DNA of 63,145 bases, the filler included, from Polymyxa betae A26-41 (lineage: Eukaryota > Protista > Endomyxa: Phytomyxea), in NCBI GenBank assembly GCA_003693705.1. It is 6 parts of 6 records of this genome, joined end to end, with 100 filler letters (N's around TTAATTAATTAA, not from the genome) between each part and the next. Parts side by side here need not be neighbours in the genome. Positions count along the whole stretch, not along the records: positions 1 to 15,271 come from RBZT01000722.1; 5 more parts are not named here. One strand, written 5' to 3'. Positions 1 to 13,079 of the stretch are shown here, piece after piece. The position numbers and the translations under genes are program-made. A model generated the notes under the pieces. The model was not told the DNA's origin and searched no databases. It was given only the letters and a program-made list of their open reading frames with translations. The stretch's first letter is position 1; each line of letters opens with the position of its first letter.

Positions 1-145
1 TTCCTTGCCGAACTGACCCCAGTGTGCTGACATTGGCCGAAAATAGCCTCATGGATATATTACTGAGCTGTTTCGGGTTTATAGATGCACGTGCAGGTGC
101 AATTGTCTGCTTCATAGAAATTATAATTAGGGTTTGAGTTCGTTA

Positions 146-945
146 GAGCACCTCCAGCGCACATCTTTTTCTTTGTTCTGTGAACAATATTTTTCCATCT
201 ACTACAGATCTTGTGATATGTAGAGGGTTTCGTAACAGATTCTTTAATTCCAATATGGAGTTTGATAACAATTCTCATCTTAGGGTCACGGTTCTAGTGC
301 CTCAGAATAGGATATGGCATTGCTGACGATGCTAAAGGAAGAAGAGTCAGAAAACGTTGAGGAGGTAGAGAGGAACATCTCCAAACACGGAGCGTCGAGG
401 ATAAGTTTATTCTAAGCTGTTTTTTGAAGATTATTTGGGTTCCAATCCCGTGTATCGTGAATTGGGTTATCAAGCGTCGCTTCCGTATGCCTATTGGGCT
501 ATTTAACGAGATAGTTTAAAAATACTGCAAAAATACTGCAAAACGTTTTTTGTTGTATACAAACGCGCGATGCCTGCAATTGCTAAGCGTTTCGCCTCTG
601 CGAAAAGCTTGTTCAGCCATGTATCTGCTGGCAACGGGTATCGTAGCTGGCATGCAAGATGATAAGTATAGAGTTGATGGATCGGCATGCTTGGAATGTT
701 TACGCCGGTTGTGTGACGTCATCGACCATGTTTTCGGTCATCAAATTGAGGGCCCCAAGTGAGGATGATCTAAATCGATTTCTTGACGAATGATTGGATG
801 CCGGATGGCCTGGCTGTCTGGGCTCCATCGATTGCGTCCAATGGAAATGGGAAAGTTGCCCATCTGCATGGCAAGGGATGTCGAAAGGAAAAGGAGCGCG
901 GTCCAACTGTCCTGCTGGGAGCTATAGCAGATCTTGTCAATGGGA
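146..945 (+). mobile_element. Decayed PIF/Harbinger (Plant_tran-type) DNA transposon: left end plus frameshifted transposase
   Basis: TTA followed by GAGCACCTCCA (Harbinger/Tourist-like TIR) at 143-156. Transposase motifs lie across shifting frames: EDYLGSNPVY..RRFRM, SPLRKACSAMYLLATG, GWPGCLGSIDCVQWKWESCPSAWQG, PTVLLGAIAD. Truncated at about 945. Confidence 0.85.
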
Positions 946-1453
946 CTCGTATCACACTCTTTACTGGTTAGCCGATCGTATAGATCCAGCTCACCACTGC
1001 TTCGTAAAAACGATCCAAAATCATCAGACGGTTTGTTTAGTCTCAAGTGAGCATTCAGATTTCCAGAAAGGTTTCCTTAAACAGAGAACGTTCCAACAAA
1101 GTCCCAACGGAAAGTTGTCAACAAAAACGATTTCTTTAGAATACGTGATAACTTTCATTATTGAATCATTCATTGAATAGCGAACTTTCCGCTCCTCTCG
1201 TAATTTTGGTAGCCATACAAAGATAATGTATCTTGATTGGCGTGAAACAGTTACTGCATCGAAACCTCATCAGACTACAAGTTTGGAATACATCGATCTT
1301 GTTCCACTCCTGCAAAGGCCGTGCGGCCCGACGGGTCAGAACGGTCCGATAACAAACCCGGCCCGAGTCTTCTATCTAGACCTCTTCTGACCATAGTCAG
1401 ATTGCTTCCGACCCGCTCTGTCCAGTTACAGATCAACCTCTGATCTCTATAAC

Positions 1454-2641
1454 ATGACATCATACGTCCTGTCCGCGATCCTTACTGTCATATCTCTACT
1501 GTTATCGGTCAGTCATACGCAGGCCCATGACCCCATGACCCCATCGGTCGCCCCGCGCCACCATTTCGACCGCGTCCTGTCCCAGATGCGATCCTACCAC
1601 GAGCGGCCTCCGGCATCAGACCGCATTCACCAACAGCTCTACCAATTGCTCGGAGAAATCACGGCGGTCACATCGACCGCCGTACTGCCCCGATTACGGC
1701 GTCTGATTCGGGCCGGCGCTACGACCCAGTATTTCGTCGATTACGAACTGGGCGGAGGAAACCTCGCGGATCTCATCTCGGACGTGTTTCTCGCCCAGGA
1801 TTTACGATACCGTCCCAGTCGTGCTCTGTTCCGATGTGTATCGTTACTGGTCGCGGCTGGTCCGGCTGCCGTGACTAACAGACGCTACGCGGGCAATGGG
1901 GGTATTACCTCCGCACAGCTGATCGAACCCTTTCTGTTACAGTGGCGTCATCTGTTGCGTTTCCGTGGTATCGTAGAGACGACCGAGCCGAATGCCCGGA
2001 TCATGTATGGACAGTGTATTCGTTTATTGCAGATGATCTACGCGCAGAAGATGATTTATGAGATCCCCGATCGCTATTACGTTACCAATGAATGTCGATA
2101 TTGTTACATATTCGGGTGGTGCGCTGATCGTAGTATGCCGACGCCGCGTAACATGCCCGATTATGTGGCCGATCTCATCGTCGACTTCATACGGGTAACG
2201 TTATGCACCGATTGCGTTACAGGGATGTTACCGACTCCCAGTGATGACTGCTCCCACGATTATCGCTCGCTGGATGCATTCGGGACAATCCCATCGAAGG
2301 TCTGTCAACGCATCTTCCAGCGCAAAGACGTGTACGACCCGATTCTGAACATGGTCGTCTCTAACAAAAAGATGGCGAAGGCGTTTCTAAATGGCTTGCA
2401 TCAGTCGAAAGAGTCACGGCGTGTATTGGCTCAGATTCTACGAATTCCGGATGTGGCCGATCATCTGCTCCGGAATGATCTCGTGCTCGCTGAACTAATA
2501 CGACGTAAAGATGTGAAATCACTGGAGATATTGGTGCCAAAGATGTCCGATGAACGTCGCTCCAGTCTTTACAACAATGAAGTCGCTCAACTTCGCGGCT
2601 GTAAACATCGTATTGAAGAATTATTTACGAAGACTTATTAG
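1454..2641 (+). CDS. Single-exon secreted protein, 395 aa (effector candidate)
   Basis: Long intact ORF with an N-terminal hydrophobic signal peptide (MTSYVLSAILTVISLLLSVSHTQA) and CxxC pairs (CRYC, CTDC). No family recognised. Confidence 0.8.
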   Translation: MTSYVLSAILTVISLLLSVSHTQAHDPMTPSVAPRHHFDRVLSQMRSYHERPPASDRIHQQLYQLLGEITAVTSTAVLPRLRRLIRAGATTQYFVDYELGGGNLADLISDVFLAQDLRYRPSRALFRCVSLLVAAGPAAVTNRRYAGNGGITSAQLIEPFLLQWRHLLRFRGIVETTEPNARIMYGQCIRLLQMIYAQKMIYEIPDRYYVTNECRYCYIFGWCADRSMPTPRNMPDYVADLIVDFIRVTLCTDCVTGMLPTPSDDCSHDYRSLDAFGTIPSKVCQRIFQRKDVYDPILNMVVSNKKMAKAFLNGLHQSKESRRVLAQILRIPDVADHLLRNDLVLAELIRRKDVKSLEILVPKMSDERRSSLYNNEVAQLRGCKHRIEELFTKTY

Positions 2642-4287
2642 AAATACAATACAACAGGACTGATTTTCTACACAAGTACAATATCCTACATACGGAGTCA
2701 TCTCGCTGCACTGCGTTCTAAGCAGGTATGATAATATCACGTTAGCAAAACACATCATCCTGACAAGTCTCATGAAGGCATTTATACATTCCGATAGATA
2801 TCTGAACAAACCATCAAAACATGTCCCAAAGAGCTTGCGTTGCTCGACATCATCAGGCGCCGAATGCAATCCGCTGGATCGCAAAAAGAAAGGAATAAAA
2901 ATAAATACAAGCAAAAGTGAAAAGATTCAGATCTCTAGCTTACAGTTCGAAATCTTGTATGTGATGACGTAAATAGTGAGTACCATCATCATGGGCAATT
3001 ACAGGGTCGGAATTCCGCTCGTGATTCGAAGAGAGTTCCAGCTCGAATCCGCAACGGCCTCCGGTAATGGAAGCTGATCGACAATGGGTCATTGAAGTTC
3101 TTAACAGCGAACAGGAAAGTTTTTAGGTCACGAGGGCAGCAGAGAGGGCTTACAGATACTGACGATCGGTTCCCTTTTATCAATATGTTTGCAGAACAGG
3201 TTCGCAGCGAATTTTCTCGAAGGTGCTCTTCGCGAGCGGCAGTATAGCGGTGTCGTTGAAGACGGCGCTTTGTGCTACGCCCGGTTCCACCAGCACTGCT
3301 CACGCAACGAATAGATTAGTATCTTGACTTGAGATTGCGGAATTCGTCATGGTCGGGCTGAATGTTTCTGCAGAGACACGTTTCTGGCAACATTACACCG
3401 ATAGTTGAACCAGGAGCTAACACAGCTGATCGAAATCGGTAGCATGCTCCATTTGTATCGTACTCACGGAATGAGGCCAGTAATCAGAAGATAAAAACAG
3501 AATGTATCAAGCCGTACTGGTGCATTCAGTCGGCGTCTCTTCGATGCGGTCCCTGGAATATGTAGGGCTAATAGTGGATTGGATTGGATATGGACCGGAT
3601 TCGACGAGTTCGCTCTCAAATGGGGGCTGGGTCGTATTCTTAGCACAAGGCCTAAGATTATCACCTTTGTAATCCTTTGGTGTTCATACTTCCATTTTCC
3701 CAATAGGGCTAATAGCAATCGAACTGATCAAAGTATGAGCACATACAGGATTTTTATGTTATTAAAAGAAGAGATCGATTTGTTTAGTAGAATTGTTTTC
3801 GCTTTCATTCTTAAGTGTTGCAAAAATGTGAAAAGATAAACTAATGTTTGAATAGGTGCCGCATTGGCCTTTCTAAAGCAAGGAAGCCCAGCATCCAGAC
3901 TGAGTACAGTCCCGTAATTCATCAGTCGAACATCTGTGGCAGCAGATATCTTTACGGGCTTTCGATTATTTTTTTATATGTTTGCTTATCATTTTCTGAA
4001 AGCGCCAGTTTTTCATGCAGCCTGCCTGGATGTCCACAGCTGATAGATTTGCCAGACGCCCACAAATGAAACGAGTTTGTTTTCGCCACCGGATATAAGC
4101 ACTTAAGAAAGGCTCACTGAAAGACCAAATTCGGGAGAACTTGGTCGCAATTCAGGCTAGGGTTTTGACCCAGTTGTGCGAAAAGTCGTGCAAAAATCTG
4201 GCGCCAACTCCGCGCCGCAGCCCATTCACCCTCCATTGATAAATCAGACTCCCGCCGACCTTGTCGTAGGGAATATCTCCAGCCCAG

Positions 4288-7200
4288 ATGCAGATGACGA
4301 TGTATCCCTTCCTAACGCCCGGCGCCGTCCCTGCTTTACACAATGGGAGCAGCATCTCCGATCCATGCTTACAGGTGCTGTCCATTTGGTTACGTTTTTC
4401 TCCATGTTTTCGCTTGTCGTTAGAGAATCTTCTCTTCTATTACGGTTTGAAATGAGAATGTAATTGTTATCTTGAATATTTCGCTTCCTAAGTCAAATAG
4501 TTCCTGTTTCGGTTTTATGTACTGCAGAATTTAGTTCACAATTTGATATGCCCCTTTAGATTATCGATATCAAACAAATTCAGAATCAGGGCAGCTACCG
4601 GGTTGTCTTGAGCGATGGCCAATACTATATGGCTGGTGTACTTGCCAGTCAGCTAATGCAAATGGTCCATGATGGATCTATTCAAAGATTAGATATTATC
4701 AAGGTTTGCACTATGATTCTGGTCTTTCCATTATCTTGGTTTTCTCAGCATTCGATGTTCAGCATTCGATGCTGTTATCAGATGATGATTTATCGTTTTT
4801 GTTAGGTTTTCTAACAATTATTTTCCATCATCAGAATTGTTAGTCTTTCTCAGCCTTTCTAATGCCATTTCGCTCCCAATGAAAATTTACCCCTCTAATT
4901 ACTGGAGTATTGTGCATGGCTGGCTGTAACTTTATATTGCTTTTTGTTTTATACTTCTGTGCCATCGTTTTTAACCAATTTTGCAGCTGGTTCGCTATCA
5001 GCCTCAAGAAATCAATGGACGCCGTCTTATCTTCATCTATGATTTTGTCAAGCAGCCGCCCGTCAATGATGTGATCGGCGCCCCTCAAAAGTATGGCGAC
5101 GCTGCTGCGGCTTCAGTACCAAACGCCGCTCCAACCCCTGCCCCTGCAACCAATGTAATATACACCTCTATTGCGATTCCGTCTTTCTCAAGTTTTCACC
5201 AGTACGGCGCTGGAAGCAACTACCCTACTCCTGCTGCACCATCGTATGCTTCTAATCAAGGTTCTTACAACTCGGGAGCAGCAGGAGCGAGCTCGATGTC
5301 GGGTGGCTACGGCACCGGGGCGCCATCTTCGTATGGCGGACACGCTGCTGCTGGTCGCCCTGCCGGATCATACGGCGCTGCTACGAATGCCAACCCGTAC
5401 GGAGCTGCGCCAACGGCGACGTCGTATGGTGGTGCCGATCAGAAATCATTCTCTCCTCAGCAGCAACAATATCAGGTGCGATTTCTGCTTAAGAGTTTAT
5501 CTGATTTTGTTTTGTCTCAAGTATCCTTAACTCGTGCTTGTGAAGTCTGTCTTTGTTACCGATCGTTTTCGCTTCAAATGCTGTGCGGTTTCGCTGACGA
5601 ATCTGTTTCAGAACTATGGATCCCGAGGAGGGCCCGTTGTTCCCACTCGCGCTGGGCGAGCCAACATCGTTAATGTCGCCGACCTGAACCCCTATATGAC
5701 CAACTGGACGATCAAGGCCCGGGTCACCACGAAAGGCGAAATGAAAACCTGGTCGAACGCCAAAGGCGAAGGCAATCTCTTCAGCTTTGAGGTCTTGGAT
5801 GCTGGAGGCGGTGAAATTCGCTTGACTGCTTTCAAACAAGATGCCGATCGTCTCTTTGATCTCATTCAGGTACATTTTGGTTGCAATGGGTGTTGCCATC
5901 ATTTTTTCATTTCAACATCTGGTTTTAACATTATTTTGTTATTTTTATTCTTGGCATGTCTCATTTTTTCGGCAGTTATTGTGGAATCGTTGTTTTGCTG
6001 GGGTTTTGTTACTTTTGCTTTGTTCATTCATTTTGATTTATCGAATACTTCTACCATATGCCTCACATATTCAACGATGGGATCAGGTCGGGAAAGTTTA
6101 TCTTATCACTGGAGGCACGCTCAAAGTTGCGAACCGCAATTTCACCCATTTAAAGCATGAATACGAGATCACATTGGGTCGTGAAACTCAAGTTGAAGCG
6201 GTCCATGGCGATGTAAGCACTTTTTCCTGTTGTCTGCTTATGCTTATTGGATTGTTTCATCTGATGAATGCTAAGAGCTTTTATCGTGATTTCTTGTTTC
6301 GATTGTTTGATTCTGCTTTTCTATCATTAATCTTGCAGTTGTTATTTTTTGTTAACTTCAGTTGTTGCCGTTTGAGAATTCAATCGTACTTAAATGCTCT
6401 CAGGATAACTCGATTTCGCAAATGCACTTCGATTTCGTAAGGATCTGTCAAATCGAGAATATCGCTCCAAACGCTTTTGTTGATATTATTGGCATTGTTA
6501 CTGAAGTCTCCCCACTCGGGTATTGGCGTTTGCTGATACTGGCACTCGTCTCATTCTGATCTTAGAACGATTACATCGAAGGCCACACAGAAGGACATTG
6601 AAAGACGCAACATTACGATCATTGACGATTCTAATAAGTCAATCGAGATCACAATCTGGGGTAAAAACGCCATCACCTACGATGAAAATTGTCTAGGTAG
6701 GATTCCAGATTTTTTATGCTATTGGGAAAATATATTGATCGAGATGTTACATTTCTGGCAACCTACTTTTGCATCTCATTTGTAGTTTTTTAACCTGTTT
6801 TCTTAAAGCTTTTTTTGACTTTTTTTTATTGTTTTCCCATGATGGCAATTTCTAACGTGAATCAGGAGCCAATGCTGTCGTAGCTTTCAAAGGTCTGCGT
6901 GTATCCGAATACAGTGGCCGTTCGTTATCGACAGTGAACTCCTCATCTATCGTTGTCCAGCCCGACATTCCTCAGGGACACTTATTGCAGCAATGGTTTA
7001 ACACAACGGGAGGCGCTGTTAACATTGACTCGCTGAGCAAGCGCGGTGGCAGCGGGTCTATGGCTGGTCTTCCTTTCAAGACCTGTAGCGAGATCGCTCT
7101 GGACGGCAATGTTCAGGATCAAATGTTTTTCCTGATTTCTGCTACAATCAATGTCCTGCAGTTCAACAACGATCGTCCACCTTGGTACCTGGCTTGCCCT

Positions 7201-8111
7201 GGACCTGACTGTAAGAAAAAGGTGGGATATTTTGATAATTTCCTGTTTTGCTGTTTCCCTTAATAATGCCAGCAATTTTTCAGCACTTATCTTGTACCGA
7301 TAGATTGATGCTCTTTTATCCAATCCCTCTCAATAATCGTATTCAAAATTATTGCAAAGTTTCTCATTTTTGTTGCCAAAGCATCCGCTCTTGCTACTCT
7401 TTAGATTTCGTTCTTGCTTGCATTCGAGTTCACATCATTCTTCGCTATTTCGCAATCTGTTTTTCTTTCGCTGACTTCTTGCTCCTTAAGGTGACTGATA
7501 ACGGTGCTGGTGGTTATACCTGTGAGAAATGCAATCGAACATATCCCACATGCGTTCCCAGATACATCTTCAGTTTTGCTGTCTCGGATTCCACCGGATC
7601 CGCCTGGCTTTCAGCATTTAATGAGGTATGTTGCACTCTTTAAACTGACGTTGATGTTTTTGACGTCATTTTTTTGTTGCCTCGTTATGTTTCGTTTGCC
7701 AAATTTCTTGGATTCTTGTGATTTGGGCTCAACCATTTCAATAGACTGGAGAACACCTCCTGGGAAACCGGACCGCCGATGATATCCGCAGCTGTGTTGA
7801 AAACGGCGATTACTCGGCAGCCGAATCCGTATTCCGTGATGCCAATTTCACTGAACACATATTCAAAGTCAAAGCTAGATGTAAGTCTGCAGCTCTTTTA
7901 TCGTCATCTGTCTACAATGTTTACTGGCATTGATTGTGTTATCGCCAATATCTTTCGAATGGTCTGCTTTTTACTCGAAAAGTTACTGAGCTGTTCCACA
8001 GTCGACAATTTCAATGACTCTTCAAGGCTGCGTTGTACTGTCATGGACGCGATGCCGATCGATCACGCTGCAGAATGCCGCCGCCTCTGTGATCTCATTC
8101 GCCAATATTGA
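4288..8111 (+). CDS. RPA1: Replication protein A 70 kDa subunit (multi-exon)
   Basis: Spliced exons (4288-4374, 4560-4703, 4987-...) give the N-terminal OB fold (LTPGAV..YRVVLSDG), a G/Y/A-rich linker, DBD-A (LNPYMTNWTIKARVTTKG..WSNAKGEGNLFSF), DBD-B (VDIIGIVTEV), and DBD-C with a zinc finger (YLACPGPDCKKKV..YTCEKC). Canonical GT-AG introns. Confidence 0.96.
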
Positions 8112-8365
8112 TCACTCTCTCGCCTCCATCTTAACTATTGTCGAAAATGCATTATTCATTCTTCTCCTCTATTTTATCGATAAGATTCAACAATAGAATG
8201 CTTTCGAATATTACTTTTGAGTATTGTTATTGAAAGGTTGTAGATAACAAGCAATTCTAATGGACAAAATATAATCTGGGCTTTCTGATGATTCCAGATT
8301 AAAGTAATTTAATGAAAGAACTGGTAGCGCATCCTTTGCAGCTGGATCTTCATGCCAGTATTAGA

Positions 8366-8572
8366 TCATTGCTGTCGCAACGCCATCAGTTTAGAAGAGA
8401 CTGGAATTGGCTGAAGGAAATCGCGCTTGCAGTCGAATTGCAATCCGAATTGTTGAGGATTATTCCGCACTCGAACAGCGAACTCATCAAGACGCTGTTC
8501 TTCTTGGTCCATTACAGAACTCTTTGCCAGCAATGCCATCAGCATCACCAAAACTGTTGTCATCGACAGCAT
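8366..8572 (-). CDS. Small secreted peptide candidate, 68 aa
   Basis: Signal-peptide-like start MLSMTTVLVMLMALLAKS; divergent from the 9057 gene; GATTAATC 60 bp upstream. Confidence 0.45.
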   Translation of the reverse strand: MLSMTTVLVMLMALLAKSSVMDQEEQRLDEFAVRVRNNPQQFGLQFDCKRDFLQPIPVSSKLMALRQQ

Positions 8573-9056
8573 AATTGATTTGTCTGGAATGCGACTGAGC
8601 TCGGGTTTGGGGTCAGCCGCAGATTCCGACCGGGATTAATCTTGTATTTTTTCTTGCTCCATAACCTTTTGTCATCGCTGACGCAATCTTGGTTTCAGCG
8701 ATCAAAATCGGCCATTGCATACAATTTACCCCAGACGTTCGGTATATCTGTATCTCTGCATATCTGTGTGGATTGGATTATATTGCGATTGACAAATGTC
8801 AGATGAACTAAAGAGGAAATATATCATCACAATGAATAAATGCCCTTTTCTGGTCTTCTTATCCACTGTTTTGGGATCGTTTTGGTTATTAAAACGTAGC
8901 ACGCTATGCTGCCATGAAGGGCAGGACGAATGCTGACTGATGTTTCGAGGTCAACCTCGGATAGCGCCACGGATTAATCAATCGATGGGTCGTTCTTGTT
9001 TCTGGTGCTGATCTCATTCAAGAATCGATTTCTGACTTCTATCACCTCAATAAGTC

Positions 9057-9812
9057 ATGATGCGCCTATTGGCCCAGCTCGCCTGTTTTACGATCATGAT
9101 CGCAACCGTGCTGGCCCAGCTCGGGTCGGCACTGGACAGTGACTCAGAAACTGCTCTCACTCCATCTCACAAATCACTCGTCATCCGTCTGCGATTGCCA
9201 TCACGGACGCCCATCTCAGATCAACCTGGGCCAGTACGATCAGATGACCGAAATGCGGCTGCAACGCCATCGCCGCGCGGCCCGATCCGACTGCGAATCA
9301 AGCGCCGCCTGTCCGATCGACATCGTCTTGGCGGCGGCCAAGGGCGACCTCGAGTCATTCGGCGCCGCCTGCTCATGGAAGGCCGGCACGAATTCGACCT
9401 GCGCCGCCAGGCTGCGGACGCCGTGCTTCGGGCCGACCTCCGGGGCCGGTATGCCCGCCTGGTCGCCGATGCGAACGAGATCGTCACCATGCTCGGCCTA
9501 CAGGATCCCGAAGCCCGAATCGATTCCCGTTACTGGCTGAAACAATACTACCCGCATCTGAACTTCAGGAAGGTCGGCGTACTGGCCCGGTCCTGGCTGG
9601 TCCAGTACGACCAGCTGCTGATGTGGATCGCGGTCGGGAAGCGACAGTTAACATGGGAGGTATCGGAGCAGCTCGAGGCAGCCCAGCACGTGATCGCATC
9701 GCTGCGCGGTCCGAATATCATCCGCGCCTGTACCGACGCCAACACCGATTGGACGGCGCTGATGCAATTGTCGCATTACGATCTGCAACTCCTGACACGA
9801 ATGGAAACTTAA
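9057..9812 (+). CDS. Single-exon secreted, Arg-rich protein, 251 aa (nuclear effector candidate)
   Basis: Signal peptide MMRLLAQLACFTIMIATVLA; basic NLS-like stretches (RLRIKRRL, RVIRRRLL); intact GC-rich ORF. Confidence 0.8.
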   Translation: MMRLLAQLACFTIMIATVLAQLGSALDSDSETALTPSHKSLVIRLRLPSRTPISDQPGPVRSDDRNAAATPSPRGPIRLRIKRRLSDRHRLGGGQGRPRVIRRRLLMEGRHEFDLRRQAADAVLRADLRGRYARLVADANEIVTMLGLQDPEARIDSRYWLKQYYPHLNFRKVGVLARSWLVQYDQLLMWIAVGKRQLTWEVSEQLEAAQHVIASLRGPNIIRACTDANTDWTALMQLSHYDLQLLTRMET

Positions 9813-11330
9813 ACGACACCAATGCACTGCGACGTTTCACTCCTAGTCTGTTCATGTCGCAATGGCTGCATGAAGCAGTTGTATTGGATTAGCTCTTTAC
9901 TGGCGTCAGAATCGCTGTGGATAAGTAAGGTCGTACAGGCCCCAGAAACAGCAGAGTCTTCAATAAGTACATAGCGGTGATCTGTTTGTAGGAGTTCGAT
10001 AGATTTCAATGCGAAGAGCGGCTTGGATTAGAATGGTGATCGAGATTGGAATGAAGGACCGCGTTCGTGTGGGTGATGAGCAGATCAGAGCCAGTACAAC
10101 CATGATGTGGATGTTCAACTGGGGATACCTTCGTGGGTGTATTCGGTCTTGTAATGGCGAGATTGGTGCGGCGATGTCTTTCCGTGAACATCAGCAGAGA
10201 CGAGCCCGCTTCCATGGCTCAGAAATTCGTTGCAAAAGTCAATCTGTGATTGTGCGTGCGAGAACAATCTGCGTGAACTGAGACGAGTGACGAGTCTATT
10301 CACGAATAATCACGATCTTTTTCACCAGTCACGCAGTATTTACTTAGTTCTAGAACGCAGTTTCTAATCCCACAGAAAGCGACAGTCGTTGAAAAAACGC
10401 TACAGAAAACGCAGTTTTAATGGCCAAATATCTGGCGAAAGCATAATCACACGGATGTAACGTATCACAATCAACAGCATTCCAATCCGTCAGAGACAGC
10501 GCCGAGAAATTTCCGTGACCGGCTTCGTCACAAACGTGAAAACCCATCAGGGACCATAGCCAGGGCCTGCAGCAATGATCTAGGACAATCAGCCACCGAC
10601 CTGCGGCCTCTGTCGGTGATAAAATGTTGCCGCTGTCGCAAAATAAAATGAATGCCACCAGCGTGGATCGAACACGCGACCTTACGATCTTCAGTCGTAC
10701 GCTCTCCCAACTGAGCTATGTCGGCATCACTTCGGACCTCACTGGGTGCTCACATATTTGTGTCTAATGGGAGAACTTGAGAGGTTATCAAACCTGTTGA
10801 AGTGCATCCATCCCTGAATAGAGATCTGAGCTCGTCCAGATACAATATTGAAGAGTAAGAACACGGATGTGATTAAGGCGAAATGTCAACCCGCATTGCA
10901 TGTTGAGTGCTGTTAACCAGATACTATGGCAATCATGTGCTGCGGCATTTCATTGTAGGCGATCCTGGTTTGCTTACCATCAGTATCTGTATATAAACTT
11001 GAAAGTTCAGACATCCAAACACAACTTCCTGTTTGTCACAATGTCACATTTGAAATTCGTTGAGGCAGATAATAATTTGGTTGCAATCCGATTTGCATGC
11101 TATGTAAAGAGAACCGGCACTTCGCAAGATGTTAGAATGAACTTCTAGAATGCTCCTGCCATTGAACCTCTAGAAGGCTCCTTCCATTGAAACATCGTCA
11201 CTCAACAATCGGAAGTTCTTGCTTAAATCTACCATTGAGATAAGCAATATTCAAAAAAGGTTTATGATGTTGACAACATTTCTGTGAAATCTCGTTCACT
11301 CGAACCATCGCCGTCAAAGGCAACAGGTAA

Positions 11331-11393
11331 GCGCTATTCGTTCATGGTAGAATAGCACGTTGACTGGCCCGGGTTTAATTCCCCGATGGCGCA
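11331..11393 (+). pseudogene. tRNA pseudogene (Gly-like), anticodon arm deleted
   Basis: GCGCTATT..TGGTAGAATAGC A-box resembling the tRNA-Gly genes here, GGTTTAATTCCC B-box-like, acceptor 3' side ATGGCGCA and a downstream T-run. Only 63 nt long. Confidence 0.7.
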
Positions 11394-11766
11394 GTCGTCA
11401 CTTTTTGTTTTCGAATTTAGTGAGCTGAAGGCGGTAATGTCGCAGACGATGGTAATCGATTTGCAACAGGCGCAGTTTTGAACAATCACTAAATTAAGAA
11501 ATCCCTGGGGCAACCCGCATTTTTTTCACATGCGCAGATTTGTAAAATCACAAAAATATGTACGGAGTAATGCTTGGATCCAAACGCATTTATTGAGATT
11601 GCAACTGGCGCAATTTTGTAAAATCACAAAGATGTGAAATCCTTGTGAGACCACGTCGCGAATGACTTCAAGACAAAACAGACGACTCCGGTTGATGGTT
11701 GATACATTATGGCCCTAACTGTCTTTATCGTATCCCTTTGATAGATCGAACATCGTGATTTGTTTA

Positions 11767-12225
11767 TCAGAAATTATAGGGATTCGGGGAAAAGGCGACA
11801 ATCCATAGTGCCAGAGTTGATAGCCAAATCATTCTTCTGTTTCTTGTGCTTCTGTCGATCCGTTTGAATTCTTCCGTCGTCTTCGCCTTGCTCCCCGCTT
11901 CTGACTCCACCTTCGATTCTGACAGCGTTGGCTTTCTGGCCACCTCTTGGACCGAACAGTTCAACGACGGCAACTTTTTCTCCTTTGGTTTGGGCTTGAG
12001 CGTCGAAGGCGTCGCCTTCTCAGCCTCGCTTGAAACCGAATCCGTGGTTGGTGTAGTCGGCTCGCTAAAAGCAGGCCGGATGCTGAGCGACGACCGCAAC
12101 ACCGAGTCCTCAACCTCGTCGAGTTTCGCCTTAAAACGCTTCAGCAGCTCGCTCTGGACCGTGTCGGCTCGAGTCGGGGGCGGCCGGGCTGAGAGCCGGC
12201 GAAGACAACGGCCCCATGTGTTCAT
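11767..12225 (-). CDS. Probable mitochondrial membrane protein (presequence, coiled coil, C-terminal TM), 152 aa
   Basis: Arg-rich, acid-free N-terminus MNTWGRCLRRLSAR; heptad helix LLKRFKAKLDEVE; C-terminal hydrophobic IWLSTLALWIVAF. Confidence 0.7.
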   Translation of the reverse strand: MNTWGRCLRRLSARPPPTRADTVQSELLKRFKAKLDEVEDSVLRSSLSIRPAFSEPTTPTTDSVSSEAEKATPSTLKPKPKEKKLPSLNCSVQEVARKPTLSESKVESEAGSKAKTTEEFKRIDRSTRNRRMIWLSTLALWIVAFSPNPYNF

Positions 12226-12505
12226 GACGTCCTTATTCGATGAATAGTACCAGCGATACCGAGCCGTTCATCATCCGTCACCATTCATGAATTTGCAGAC
12301 AGACTTGACAAACAACTTTTTCGCCTCATTTTTAGAAAGTGCGACAAGAATTGGAAGTGTGCGACAGTCATCTCCCCGCAATATGAAAACCCTCATGGTT
12401 TTAATCACGCACTTTCTAGGCAATATGAAAAACCCTTAAGTCACGCAAATTTTTGGATCTAATTTTTATTATTTTGCTGACGTTATCAAGATCGATTCGT
12501 TCTTG

Positions 12506-12800
12506 TCAATTCGGTGAGCAGCAGGCGCCGAAGGACGCCGCTACCAGCTTAAACAATATCAGCGCTGTTTGAGCTCTATCCTTTAAATAACCCCGGAACA
12601 GCCCATCGTAAAACATTATCTCTACAAAGCTGATCAAGGTCAACGCCACGAATGGATGCTGATCCGTCAATTCGATTTTCTTTCCGTTCGAGGCAATCCA
12701 TGCGCACCTGAACCGATTCCGTTGGGCCAGTTCGTCGCCCAGCGCCGCTGTCGTGGAGCGAGTCGACACCTGCCGTAAACTGCAGCTGGTGAGGCAATTC
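12506..12800 (-). pseudogene. Degenerate paralog of the 13080-13569 gene
   Basis: STRSTTAALGDELAQRNRF/VRMDCLE (frameshifted) matches STRSTTTLTDVQAQVNRLHIRMDRME; hydrophobic C-terminus. Confidence 0.5.
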
Positions 12801-13079
12801 GGCGACTATAAACCTCCATGAATGGCGAGCCGGCCAATCACCCTACCATGAATGCGAAATTTCCTTCGGAAGGCGCCGTTGGCCCATGACGGAGACTTAA
12901 TAGCTGAGCGCACCCAGATCTGCCAGAAACGCCAAATGCCTATCTCGTGGATAATATTTTTTGGAGCCAATGATCTGGTGAAACCCTAACCCTAACCTTG
13001 ATTGGAATGCAATCAGTGCGAACGAAGTCGCCGAATCCAGGCGACTCGTGAAGAGAGGAGGATTCGGCAGAGTTTGTAT

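Noticed and set aside
2621-3720. Minus-strand ORF pieces including SKRRRLNAP, similar to the YR NLS
   Set aside because: No coherent spliced model and no Cys/His domain follows.
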